Part shown: piece by piece, positions 23,468 through 32,481 of the stretch
Layout of the letters: each line of letters starts with the position of its first letter
Position numbering within the stretch: position 1 is the stretch's first letter
From: Gemmatimonadota bacterium
Lineage (GTDB): Bacteria > Gemmatimonadota > Gemmatimonadetes > Gemmatimonadales > GWC2-71-9
Direction of reading: 5' to 3'
Length of the DNA: 64,000 nucleotides
Assembly: GCA_003221035.1 (NCBI GenBank)
Contig: QHUB01000025.1
Location: 8,614-72,613 of the forward strand
The notes under the pieces: generated by a model
The model's input: the letters and a program-made list of their open reading frames with translations, nothing else
What the model was told of the DNA's origin: nothing
Database searches by the model: none
Made by a program: the position numbers and the translations under genes

Positions 23468-25243
23468 TCACAGGCCAAAGATCCAGACGATGCCACCCTG
23501 ACTCGTGTGCCGCGCCAGCTCGGGCGCGAAGTCAGCGGGTGGGCGAACGTCGGCGGGATCGTCGGAGCGCACGTCGCCAGACAGCAGGAACCAGTCGCCA
23601 CCGATGCCGGCGTAAACCGCGATGTACTGCTTGCCGTCCGGGCCGCGGAACGAAATCGGCGCGCCGACCACGCCCGACCCGACCTTGAATTTCCAGAGCT
23701 CTTTGCCGGTCCGCGCGTTGGCTGCCTTGAACCAGCCATCGAGCGTGCCGTAGAAGACGACGTCGCCGGCGGTGACGACGCTGCCGCTCCAGACTGGGAA
23801 TTTTTCTTTTATGCCCCAGACTTTGTGGCCGCGCGCCGCGTCCCATGCGATGAACTCTCCCATGTAGCCGCCGGGCCCTGCCATGTAGGGCGTCGTCGCG
23901 CCGATGTATGGCGTGCCGGGAATCCGTGTCACCGGTGCCGCTTCGAAATTCATGCAGAGATTGTTCGTGGCTGTATAGAATAGCCCGGTGTGCGGAGAGT
24001 ATGCGCTCGGCGACGCCGGGCTCTTGCCGCCCTCGAGGCTCGGGCAGATCCCTTTGACGTTGCCGCGCGACGCGCCCGTCGTCTTGGTCGTATCGAGGAT
24101 CGGCAGTCCGGTCTTCTTGTTGATGCCCTTCGCCCACGTCACGTTCGCGAACGGCTCGGCCACCAGCAGCTCGCCGGTCGCACGGTCGAGTGTGTACGCA
24201 AAGCCGTTCTTGTCGAAATGCACGAGCACGTGCCGCATGCGTCCCCCCACCACCAGATCGGTGAGGATCATCTCGGCGTTCGAGTCATAATCCCAGCTGT
24301 CATGCGGCGTGAACTGGTACGCCCAGACCAGCGTGCCGTCGCCAGGCCGACGCGCGAGAACGCTGTTGGTCCATTTGTTTTCGCCGGGACGCTGCTCGGT
24401 GTTGTAAGGACCGGGATTGCCCGTGCCGAAATAAATGAGATCGATTTGCGGGTCGTAGGAAATCCAGCCCCACACCGGCGCCCCCCCGCGGCGCCAGGAA
24501 TCGCCCTGCCACGTCGAGACGCCGATGTTGGGTTCGCCCGTGTACCACCCGACACCCGGGCGCGCGAGCATCAGCGAATCGGGCCCCATGTTGTGCGCGG
24601 TCCACAAAATCTTGCCGGTGGCCAGATCGAGCCCCTTGACCCATCCGTAAATCCCGAATTCGCCGCCCGACGGTCCCACGATGACGCGATTGCCGGCGAC
24701 GAAGGGAGCCATCGGAGTGGTCTCGCCCTGTCCCAGGTCGCCGATCTGCGTCTTCCATAATTCGCGGCCGTCCCTGGCATCGACCGCGACGGTGTGCCCG
24801 TCGAGCAGGTTGTAGATGATCTTGCCGTCGGCATACACCGCGCCGCGGCTGATCGCGTCGCAACACGCGATGCCGAGCGCCGCAGGATTCACCTCGGGCC
24901 GATACTTCCATTTGAGCGGGTAGCCTTCGCGAGTCAGGTCGAAGGCGTAGAGAACGTTGGGGAAGGGCGTGACGACGTACATCGTGCTGCCCACGACGAG
25001 CGGCTGACCTTCGTGGCCGCCGAGCACGCCGGTCGAAAAGCTCCAGACCGGCTTGAGCCGCGCGGCATTGGCGAGGGTGACCTGCGCCAGGCCGCTGTAG
25101 CGCGTCGCGGCGTAGTTCTTCGCCGGCATCGTCCACTGGCCGTCATCGGTTTGGGGACTGCCTTGAAGGAGCGCGAGGGCGAACAGGAAGGCTCCGGTCA
25201 TCGGACCACGAGGGCGAGAGGCACTTTGCGCAATCCTTTCCAT
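23468..25243 (-). CDS. xoxF: PQQ-dependent methanol/ethanol-family dehydrogenase, XoxF-like (DYD lanthanide signature)
   Basis: It is an 8-bladed quinoprotein with the vicinal disulfide IACCD and the catalytic segment HDSWDYDSNAEMIL. A signal peptide is present. The alternative start is 25201. Confidence 0.85.
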   Translation of the reverse strand: MERIAQSASRPRGPMTGAFLFALALLQGSPQTDDGQWTMPAKNYAATRYSGLAQVTLANAARLKPVWSFSTGVLGGHEGQPLVVGSTMYVVTPFPNVLYAFDLTREGYPLKWKYRPEVNPAALGIACCDAISRGAVYADGKIIYNLLDGHTVAVDARDGRELWKTQIGDLGQGETTPMAPFVAGNRVIVGPSGGEFGIYGWVKGLDLATGKILWTAHNMGPDSLMLARPGVGWYTGEPNIGVSTWQGDSWRRGGAPVWGWISYDPQIDLIYFGTGNPGPYNTEQRPGENKWTNSVLARRPGDGTLVWAYQFTPHDSWDYDSNAEMILTDLVVGGRMRHVLVHFDKNGFAYTLDRATGELLVAEPFANVTWAKGINKKTGLPILDTTKTTGASRGNVKGICPSLEGGKSPASPSAYSPHTGLFYTATNNLCMNFEAAPVTRIPGTPYIGATTPYMAGPGGYMGEFIAWDAARGHKVWGIKEKFPVWSGSVVTAGDVVFYGTLDGWFKAANARTGKELWKFKVGSGVVGAPISFRGPDGKQYIAVYAGIGGDWFLLSGDVRSDDPADVRPPADFAPELARHTSQGGIVWIFGL

Positions 25244-25433
25244 GCGTTCGTAATACCCGTCGAGTCCGAGATGGCCAGTTGGCGTCGCTCACGAGAAGCG
25301 TTGTACGAGCAGGACTTGCACGAACTTAACCTACGGCTCGTCCGCGCCCGGCAGCAATGTGATCAGCATGAGAAACCTCCAACAGAGGGTTACGCCACTA
25401 CCGCTGCTCGACCGCTGTGCTCACATTGACGCC

Positions 25434-26468
25434 ATGCACATCGCGCTCCTGTTGGCACTGAGTCTGACCACTCCGCTCGATACCGCCACATTCGCGGGCG
25501 GCTGCTTCTGGACGATGGAACACGCGTATGACGACCTGCCGGGCGTGATCTCGGCGACGTCCGGATTCATGGGAGGCACGAGCAAGAACCCGACCTATAT
25601 GCAGGTGGTGCAAGGGAACACGGGACATCTCGAGTCGGTCCAGGTCGTGTACGATCCTGCCAAGGTCAGCTACGAAACGCTGCTGTGGACGTTCTGGCAC
25701 AACATCGATCCGTTCCAGGCCGACGGCCAGGCGTGTGACACCGGCCCGAACTACCACACGGCCGTCTTCGTGCGCAATGCCGAGCAGCGCCGTGCGGCCA
25801 GCGCCTCACGCCAGCAAATCGGCGAGCGCTTCCATCGGGACGTCGCGGCGCAGATTCTGACGGCCGGCCCGTTCTACGCCGCGGAAGAGTACCACCAGGA
25901 CTACGCCAAGAAAAATCCCGAGCATTACGGGATGTACCGCGCCGGCTGCGGCCGCGACCGGCGGCTGCGCGCGATCTGGGGCGATGAAGCGGGAGTGGCA
26001 AAAGTGAGTATGGGAGGGAACTACATCGTGAAGCCGAGACCGAGCGACACCGACCTGCGGCGCGCGTTGACGCCGTTGCAGTACGAAGTCACGCAGCACG
26101 AAGGGACCGAGCGCCCCTTCCAGAACGAGTTCTGGGACAATCATCAGGACGGGATCTACGTGGACGTCGTGTCCGGCGAGCCGCTGTTCAGTTCCACCGA
26201 CAAGTACGATTCGCATACGGGCTGGCCCAGCTTCACGCGGCCGCTCGATCCGAGCAACGTCCAGGAGAAGACCGATCGTTCGCTGTTCATGGAGCGCACC
26301 GAGGTGCGTTCCGCCCATGCGAACTCTCACCTCGGCCATGTCTTCAACGATGGTCCGAGGCCGACAGGCCTGCGCTACTGTATCAACTCAGCGGCGTTGC
26401 GGTTTATTCCGGTGGATTCGTTGGAAGCAGAGGGATACGGGCAGTATCTGAGGCTATTCAAAAAATGA
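25434..26468 (+). CDS. msrAB: Exported bifunctional methionine sulfoxide reductase MsrA-MsrB
   Basis: It has the MsrA motif GGCFWTMEH and the MsrB motifs GWPSF and RYCINS. A signal peptide follows ATG 25434. Confidence 0.85.
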   Translation: MHIALLLALSLTTPLDTATFAGGCFWTMEHAYDDLPGVISATSGFMGGTSKNPTYMQVVQGNTGHLESVQVVYDPAKVSYETLLWTFWHNIDPFQADGQACDTGPNYHTAVFVRNAEQRRAASASRQQIGERFHRDVAAQILTAGPFYAAEEYHQDYAKKNPEHYGMYRAGCGRDRRLRAIWGDEAGVAKVSMGGNYIVKPRPSDTDLRRALTPLQYEVTQHEGTERPFQNEFWDNHQDGIYVDVVSGEPLFSSTDKYDSHTGWPSFTRPLDPSNVQEKTDRSLFMERTEVRSAHANSHLGHVFNDGPRPTGLRYCINSAALRFIPVDSLEAEGYGQYLRLFKK

Positions 26469-26473
26469 CGTAT

Positions 26474-26529
26474 GGGCGCAGCATGCTGCGCCCTTAAAAT
26501 GGTATAAGGGGCGCAGCGTGCTGCGCCCC
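26474..26529. repeat. Two tandem REP-like GC-rich palindromes (GGGCGCAGCATGCTGCGCCC and GGGGCGCAGCGTGCTGCGCCCC), bidirectional terminator position
   Basis: Perfect hairpins lie at 26474-26493 and 26508-26529 between convergent genes. A third copy lies at 41523-41544. Confidence 0.75.
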
Positions 26530-26861
26530 TACCGTTTTTGACGTTCCAGCAGGCCTACGGCGCGATGCAGACGCTCGATCGCGGCGCCCAAGTCTTCGGT
26601 CGGTCCCGTTGACAGCTCCCCCGCCAGGGCCACTTCCCTGAGCAGCTGGAGGGCATTCCGGACATGCTCGACGGGCCGTTCGGCGTTGGGTAACCGCAGC
26701 GAGCGACCCCGGCGATCGAGCGTACTGCGGCGCTCAGCCCCGCGGCGGCGATCCACCACGTGCCGCCGTTCTTCGGTCACGTCCATGACCACGCGCCGAC
26801 GTTGTTCTGACCGGCGATCATTGCCTGCACGGCGGTCAGACCACAACCTGGTCGATGTCAC
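26529..26861 (-). CDS. Arg-rich 'DRR-repeat' small protein (110 aa), paralogue of 32236-32481
   Basis: The N-terminal half contains repeated xDRRx/ERR units (SDRRAGNDRRSEQRRR...VVDRRRGAERRSTLDRRGR). The C-terminal helical hairpin aligns with the paralogue. Confidence 0.6.
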   Translation of the reverse strand: MTSTRLWSDRRAGNDRRSEQRRRVVMDVTEERRHVVDRRRGAERRSTLDRRGRSLRLPNAERPVEHVRNALQLLREVALAGELSTGPTEDLGAAIERLHRAVGLLERQKR

Positions 26862-26964
26862 TTTGGAAGCCTCGACGGAGTGCCACTAGGGGTCCCAAGG
26901 GCGGGCCCAAAGTATCACGAAACCAACCTTTTGTCGAATCGTACCATCAAAAGAACAGCCCAGA

Positions 26965-29472
26965 GTGAAGGAAGATCTCATGACGCCGTTAGCGCCGATA
27001 ACTGCCGTCGTTTTGGCGTTGCAGACAGCCGCCCTCCCCGCCTCCTCACAGGCGCCGACCGCGTCCGACGCGAGGACTGCGGTGGCGCACCTTGCGGCGT
27101 CCCCCCCCATCATTGATGGCAAGGATCAGGACGAGGTGTGGCGGACGACCTCTGTAATTCGGGACTTTCGTCAGTTCCAGCCTCGGGAAGGCGGGGAGCC
27201 CAGCATGCCGACCGAGGCTCGGGTGGCCTACGACGCCCACAACTTCTATGTGTTCGTGCGCGCCTTCGACGCGCATCCCGACAGCATCAAGAAGATCCTT
27301 GCCCGCCGCGACAATCGCGTCTGCTGCGACCAGATCAAGATCGTCATCGACTCCTACCACGACCGCCGCACGGGCTTCGAGTTCGCGGTGAATCCGGCAG
27401 GGGTAAAGCGTGACTACGCGATCTACGGCGACGGGGATCAGGAGGACGATGCCTGGGATGCGGTGTGGGAGGTTGCAACGGAGGTCGACTCGCTCGGCTG
27501 GACCGCGGAATTCCGGATTCCGCTGTCTCAGCTCCGTTACGCGCATGCGCCGACCAACACGTTCGGCTTTGCGATCTGGCGCGACATCGACCGGCACGGC
27601 GCCGAGCGCGTGGGTTGGCCGCTGTACCGCACGTCGGTGCGCGGGTTTTCATCGCAGCTTGGGGACCTGGTAGGCCTGGATGGATTGGAGGCGCCGCGCC
27701 GTCTCGAGGTGGCTCCCTACGTGCTGGCGAAAAACGTCCCGGCTCCGGAGTTCACCCGCGATCAGCAATACGACGCCGGCGCCGACATCAAGTACGGCAT
27801 CACGTCGAACATCACGCTGGACGCGACGATCAATCCGGATTTCGGCCAGGTCGAAGCCGACCCGTCGGTCGTGAATCTCACGTCGTTTGAGACGTTCTAT
27901 CAGGAGCGGCGTCCCTTCTTTGTCGAAGGGACCGGGATTTTCAGCTTCCCCGTCAACTGCAACGTGGTGAATTGCAGCGGCGAAGGGCTGTTCTACTCAC
28001 GCCGCATCGGCCACGATCCCGCGGGTATCATCGGCGCTGCCAAGATCACGGGCCGCCTTCCGGGCGGTCTCACGCTCGGCGCGGTCGAAAGCGTGACGCA
28101 GCGCGCGGCGGGCGACAGCGACGTCACCATCGAGCCCGTGTCGAACTATGCCGTGGTGCGGCTGAACCAGGATTACCGCAAGGGCCAGAGCGCGATCGGA
28201 TTCATGGGCACCGCGGTCAATCGCAATGTCGATCAGTTTACGGACGGCTATCTGCGGCGGTCCGCGTACGTGGGGGCGATGAATTTCCGGCACCGCTTCC
28301 ACAACGGCGGCTACGAGGTATCGGGGTCGCTCGATTTCAGCACGGTCAACGGCACACCGGCAGCGATCGCCGGCACGCAGACGTCGTCCACGCACAACTA
28401 TCAGCGTCCGGACGACAACGTGCAATACGACCCGACGCGCACGTCGCTCAACGGCCACGCCGAAGAGTTGTTGTTCACAAAGCAGAACGGCTTCATCAAC
28501 TTCCAGACCAGCTATCAGAGGCGCTCGCCGGGCTTCGAAATCAACGACCTCGGCTTCTTGCTTCAGGCCGATCAGCAGGGCTGGAACAACTGGGCATCGA
28601 TGAACTGGCGGAAGCCGACCAAGCTGTTCCAGCGGGCGTTCTGGAACTTCAACTGGTGGCAGTACTGGACGATGGAGCGGCTGCCGACCGACCGCGGGTT
28701 CAACACCAACGCGCATGTGCAGCTGCGCAACCAGTGGTTCATCCACGCCGGCGGAACGATCGGGAACCTGGGCGATGTGTACTGTGATCGCTGCGCGCGC
28801 GGCGGTCCGGCAGTGCGGCGCGACCAGTTCGTCTCGCCGTGGTTCGGCTTCGGCGGTGATTCGCGCAACGCGATCACGCCGTTCGTCTTCTTCAATTTCT
28901 TCCGTGGCGACCTCGGGCGCTCGTCGTCCGTCAACATCAATCCGGAAATCGATGTGCGGATCGGCTCACAGCTGAGCAGCTCGGTCAGTATGAACGCCAC
29001 GCATCGGATCAATGCCACGCAGGACCTGAATCCGCAGACGGACTCACTCGGTACGCACTATCTGTTCGCGCATCTCGATCAAAAGGAAGTCTCCATGTCG
29101 TTCCGCGTGGACTACACGGTCACGCCGACGCTCACCGTCCAGGCATACGGGCAGCCATTCGTGAGCAAGGGGCACTGGTCGGACGTGCGGGAGTTGTCCA
29201 GTGATCCGCGCGCACCCGCGTACGACGACCGCTTCCAGCCCTACACCGGCACGGGGCCCGGCGACTTCAACCAGAAGTTCTTCAATTCCAACCTGGTGAT
29301 ACGCTGGGAGTATCGCCCCGGCTCGACGCTCTTCGTGGTGTGGAGCCAGGGACGCGACGACTTCGAACCCACGACGGGGACCCGCACGATCTCCGGAGAT
29401 TTCGGCAGGCTGTTCGACACACCGCCGCACAACACGTTCCTGGTGAAGGCTTCGTACTGGCTGAACCGCTAA
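26965..29472 (+). CDS. DUF5916 / carbohydrate-binding-family-9-like outer-membrane protein
   Basis: After the signal peptide comes IDGKDQDEVW...FRQFQPREG, which is CBM9-like. A long beta-rich C-terminal region ends in an aromatic-rich tail. The alternative start is 26980. Confidence 0.8.
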   Translation: MKEDLMTPLAPITAVVLALQTAALPASSQAPTASDARTAVAHLAASPPIIDGKDQDEVWRTTSVIRDFRQFQPREGGEPSMPTEARVAYDAHNFYVFVRAFDAHPDSIKKILARRDNRVCCDQIKIVIDSYHDRRTGFEFAVNPAGVKRDYAIYGDGDQEDDAWDAVWEVATEVDSLGWTAEFRIPLSQLRYAHAPTNTFGFAIWRDIDRHGAERVGWPLYRTSVRGFSSQLGDLVGLDGLEAPRRLEVAPYVLAKNVPAPEFTRDQQYDAGADIKYGITSNITLDATINPDFGQVEADPSVVNLTSFETFYQERRPFFVEGTGIFSFPVNCNVVNCSGEGLFYSRRIGHDPAGIIGAAKITGRLPGGLTLGAVESVTQRAAGDSDVTIEPVSNYAVVRLNQDYRKGQSAIGFMGTAVNRNVDQFTDGYLRRSAYVGAMNFRHRFHNGGYEVSGSLDFSTVNGTPAAIAGTQTSSTHNYQRPDDNVQYDPTRTSLNGHAEELLFTKQNGFINFQTSYQRRSPGFEINDLGFLLQADQQGWNNWASMNWRKPTKLFQRAFWNFNWWQYWTMERLPTDRGFNTNAHVQLRNQWFIHAGGTIGNLGDVYCDRCARGGPAVRRDQFVSPWFGFGGDSRNAITPFVFFNFFRGDLGRSSSVNINPEIDVRIGSQLSSSVSMNATHRINATQDLNPQTDSLGTHYLFAHLDQKEVSMSFRVDYTVTPTLTVQAYGQPFVSKGHWSDVRELSSDPRAPAYDDRFQPYTGTGPGDFNQKFFNSNLVIRWEYRPGSTLFVVWSQGRDDFEPTTGTRTISGDFGRLFDTPPHNTFLVKASYWLNR

Positions 29473-30143
29473 GCAGCTCGGATTCCTAACTCGTCGATAT
29501 GGAGCAGGAGGTCTGCCGGGTCTTCATAGACCCGGTAGGCCCCGGCGCGCTCCAGCTCTTCCTGACCATAGCCTCCCGACAAGAGACCGACGCCCAGAGC
29601 TCGGGCGCGCCGCGCGGCCAGCAGATCCCAGACGCTGTCACCGACGGCGATCGCCGATTCAATCGACACGCCGAGGCGCGCGGCGGCGGCGATCCAGAGA
29701 TCCGGGTCGGGCTTGGCGTGTTCGACGTCGTCGCGGCTGATGATCGGCACGCCGTCCGGCGGCTCGACGAGCTTGAGCAGCGGCTGCGCGCTGATCCGCG
29801 CGCCACTCGTCGCAATTGCCCACGGCACCTTCAGTTTTGTCAGATGCTGCATGAGCTCTTTCGCGCCGGGGAGCAGGCGCACATCGCGCATCTGCGCCTT
29901 GAAGAGCCGGGCGTGGGCCTGTTTCACTTGCCGTGCCTGCTTTTCGCTCAGCTCCCGGCCCGTTTCGCGCGCCAGGCTCTCGGCCAGCAGCCCTCCGCTC
30001 ATGCCGATGCGCCGGTGGATGCGCCACACCGACAGCTTGATGCCGCCCAGCTCCAGCGCTTTGCGCCACGCGATTGCGTGCTGGTACACGCTGTCGGTCA
30101 GCGTACCGTCGAGGTCGAGCAGCAGGGCGGGACGCTCGGTCAC
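29469..30143 (-). CDS. HAD-superfamily hydrolase (phosphoglycolate phosphatase/beta-PGM-like)
   Basis: It has HAD motif I LLLDLDGTLTDS, motif II ATSG and motif IV VGDSVWD. Its GTG start overlaps the upstream stop (GTGA). The long 385-aa track ORF has a spurious N-terminus. Confidence 0.8.
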   Translation of the reverse strand: MTERPALLLDLDGTLTDSVYQHAIAWRKALELGGIKLSVWRIHRRIGMSGGLLAESLARETGRELSEKQARQVKQAHARLFKAQMRDVRLLPGAKELMQHLTKLKVPWAIATSGARISAQPLLKLVEPPDGVPIISRDDVEHAKPDPDLWIAAAARLGVSIESAIAVGDSVWDLLAARRARALGVGLLSGGYGQEELERAGAYRVYEDPADLLLHIDELGIRAA

Positions 30144-30601
30144 AACTGATGATCCTCCGCGCGCGACGGCCGGTAGACCATGGCGGTGAGGGTGCCAAGC
30201 ACCAGCATCGTGAATAGATCGAACCCGAGCTGCCTGAGCGTCAGACTGAATGGCCAGGGCTGCTCGGCGAACCACAGTAGATACATCGGAACGGGCCCAA
30301 AGAGCCACGCGAGCACGCCGAAGCGCAGCCCCTGCGGAATCTCTTCGCCGGGAAGTGGGCGAACCCAGCGTCCGAACAGGGCCACGAAGGCCACCGACAT
30401 CGCGAGGTGGGCCAGCGGCAGGAACAGCACCATCCAGGGGGAACCGGCGCCGGGCCCACCTTCGCGCTGCATCGGCCGCAGCAACGTTCCGTAAAACGGC
30501 TGGTAGGCGGGGCCGAGGATGAATCCGTGGATCACGATGGCGAACACCTGCGAAACTACGAAGACCATGACGACGGTGAGTGCAAACTGTTTCGAATTCA
30601 T
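30140..30601 (-). CDS. Four-TM membrane protein, hypothetical
   Basis: It has four hydrophobic helices and is coupled to the HAD gene. No family was recognised. Confidence 0.7.
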   Translation of the reverse strand: MNSKQFALTVVMVFVVSQVFAIVIHGFILGPAYQPFYGTLLRPMQREGGPGAGSPWMVLFLPLAHLAMSVAFVALFGRWVRPLPGEEIPQGLRFGVLAWLFGPVPMYLLWFAEQPWPFSLTLRQLGFDLFTMLVLGTLTAMVYRPSRAEDHQL

Positions 30602-30689
30602 CGGAAGCCTCCTGAAGAAGACGCAAAACTACGAGCCGGGAAGCTTCGGCGCTCCCCGGCTCTTGATCGCTGAACGTCTCAGGCCGCAG

Positions 30690-32114
30690 CTACTTTTTGA
30701 CGGCCATCACCGCCGCGTAGGCATCGACAAATCCGGCCCCTACTTCCCACTGGGCGTACCCAGGCAAGGGCTTCGCGGTCGCGATGATCGTGTTGATGAT
30801 CTGCTCCGGCTTGAGCTTGCCGCCGGCCGCTTCCTGCATCAGGGCGACGACGCCGGCGATGTGCGGTGACGCCATCGACGTACCCGAGGCGCACGTGTAG
30901 AACGGATCGTTGGTCAGACTAATGTTGCAGATCCGCGCGTCGTGATTCGCGTCGTCGGCATTGAGCACCGATCCCGTCAGCGCGCGCGTCGACACGATAT
31001 GGACGCCCGGCGCCGTGATGTCGGGATGATACAGAGGATCACCCGGGATCCCGCGCGACGAAAAATCGGCCAACACATGCGCCCGCGGCTCGTGGTTCGT
31101 GGGCACGAGGGGGTTGGACCCGTCATCGAGCATGCAGTGCGATTCGGAGTTTGTCGGATCGACGACGCCGATCTTACAGCCGGCCGCCACGCTGATGACC
31201 CAGGGGGCTACGCTGTAGGGATTTACCGTATTCTGCGCCGGGCCGTCGTTGCCCGCAGCGAACACGACGGTGATGCCCCGGCTCGTGACTTTCTTCGTGG
31301 CTTCGTTGATCGGGTCCTTGGGATCGAATGTGCCCGTGGTGCCCCAGGAGTTGTTGACGACCTTGATGTTGTACTGCTGCTGATGGTCGAGGATGTAGTC
31401 GAAGCCGGCGAGCGCCCAGAAGATGAACAGGACATCGCCCGTCCCGATTCCGATCAGGTTCGCACCGGGCGCCACGCCCGTGTAATAACCGTTCGACGAT
31501 GTGCCCCGTGCCCCCACGATGCCGGCGACGTGTGTGCCGTGGCCCACCGACGTCTCGGAATTGGGGAGATTCTCAACGACCAGCGTCGCACCCTTGCGAA
31601 TCGGCTTGGGCGCATCTTTACTGAACGTGAACAGGTCGTTCGTGTTGGCCAGCACCTTCACGTTTTGCACCGTGTACTGCGGATAGGCGACGTCGGCGTT
31701 ATACGCCCCATCGATCCCGCTGTCGAGGATCGCCACGCCGATTCCCTTGCCGGTGATCCCGGCGACGTGCACGGCATCCGCCCGGATCGCAGGCACGCTC
31801 TCGTGGAGCATGTAGTAGTCGAGCTGCTTGTTCGCGTAGATCCCCTCGAGGCCGGGCAGCGTGGAAATGCTCAGCAGCTGGCCGGGCGTGGCGAGCGCCG
31901 CCACCATCGAGAAGTTGTTGAACTGCACGACACCAGCGCCGGTACTCAGAATCCCGTTCGTCACCGCGTCCTGCGTCGTCTGGGCTTCGTCGAAGTTGAC
32001 GATGTAGATCGCGGCATCCGTGGGAACGGCATCGGCGGTGATCGACGTGGGAGAGCGTTGCTCGCAGGCCACGAGCGCCAGGGCCGCGCCTGCTGCGATA
32101 AGCCACCGGGTCAT
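30690..32114 (-). CDS. S8 family (subtilisin-like) serine peptidase, lipoprotein
   Basis: The catalytic triad motifs are present: AILDSGID, HGTHVAG, SGTSMASPHIAG. The lipobox is LALVAC. Confidence 0.9.
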   Translation of the reverse strand: MTRWLIAAGAALALVACEQRSPTSITADAVPTDAAIYIVNFDEAQTTQDAVTNGILSTGAGVVQFNNFSMVAALATPGQLLSISTLPGLEGIYANKQLDYYMLHESVPAIRADAVHVAGITGKGIGVAILDSGIDGAYNADVAYPQYTVQNVKVLANTNDLFTFSKDAPKPIRKGATLVVENLPNSETSVGHGTHVAGIVGARGTSSNGYYTGVAPGANLIGIGTGDVLFIFWALAGFDYILDHQQQYNIKVVNNSWGTTGTFDPKDPINEATKKVTSRGITVVFAAGNDGPAQNTVNPYSVAPWVISVAAGCKIGVVDPTNSESHCMLDDGSNPLVPTNHEPRAHVLADFSSRGIPGDPLYHPDITAPGVHIVSTRALTGSVLNADDANHDARICNISLTNDPFYTCASGTSMASPHIAGVVALMQEAAGGKLKPEQIINTIIATAKPLPGYAQWEVGAGFVDAYAAVMAVKK

Positions 32115-32175
32115 GAGAGTCCTCGGAGGTCAGGGGTGCTCCGAGAAGGGAGCAAAGCCGATGCCCCGCTAACTC

Positions 32176-32213
32176 CTGAAAGCACAACGGCCGCCCATAA
32201 CGGGGCGGCCGTT
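32176..32213 (-). terminator. Hairpin terminator after the proDH-korAB-DRR operon
   Basis: An 11-bp stem AACGGCCGCCC / GGGCGGCCGTT is followed on the minus strand by GTGCTTTC, a weak U-tract. Confidence 0.5.
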
Positions 32214-32235
32214 GGGTGTGGTGGTCGTGCTACAG

Positions 32236-32481
32236 TTATTCCGGCTCCATCCGCTCCAGCGCGTACCGTAGTCGCAATACCGCCGTGTCGAGCAGGCGGC
32301 GCGAGTCGTCGCGCAACGCGCCTTGATCGGCCAGCTGTGTCAACAGCTCGAGGACGGCGTGGATCTGCGCCGTCGCCGACTCCACGATCATCCGGCGATC
32401 GAGCCCGCTCCGGCGCTCGATGGTTACCGGGACGTCCTTCACGCGCCGGTCCCCGCTCCGCCTGCGATTCGCAACGGTCAT
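32236..32481 (-). CDS. Arg-rich 'DRR-repeat' small protein (81 aa), translationally coupled to korB
   Basis: Product: MTVANRRRSGDRRVKDVPVTIERRSGLDRRMIVE... followed by a helical hairpin. Its ATG overlaps the korB stop (ATGA at 32478-32481). Confidence 0.6.
   Translation of the reverse strand: MTVANRRRSGDRRVKDVPVTIERRSGLDRRMIVESATAQIHAVLELLTQLADQGALRDDSRRLLDTAVLRLRYALERMEPE

Noticed and set aside
29469-30626. 385-aa reading of the HAD ORF
   Set aside because: The N-terminal 160 aa are R/A/P-rich and overlap a convincing 4-TM protein gene (30140-30601) in another frame. HAD motif I lies right after the GTG at 30143.
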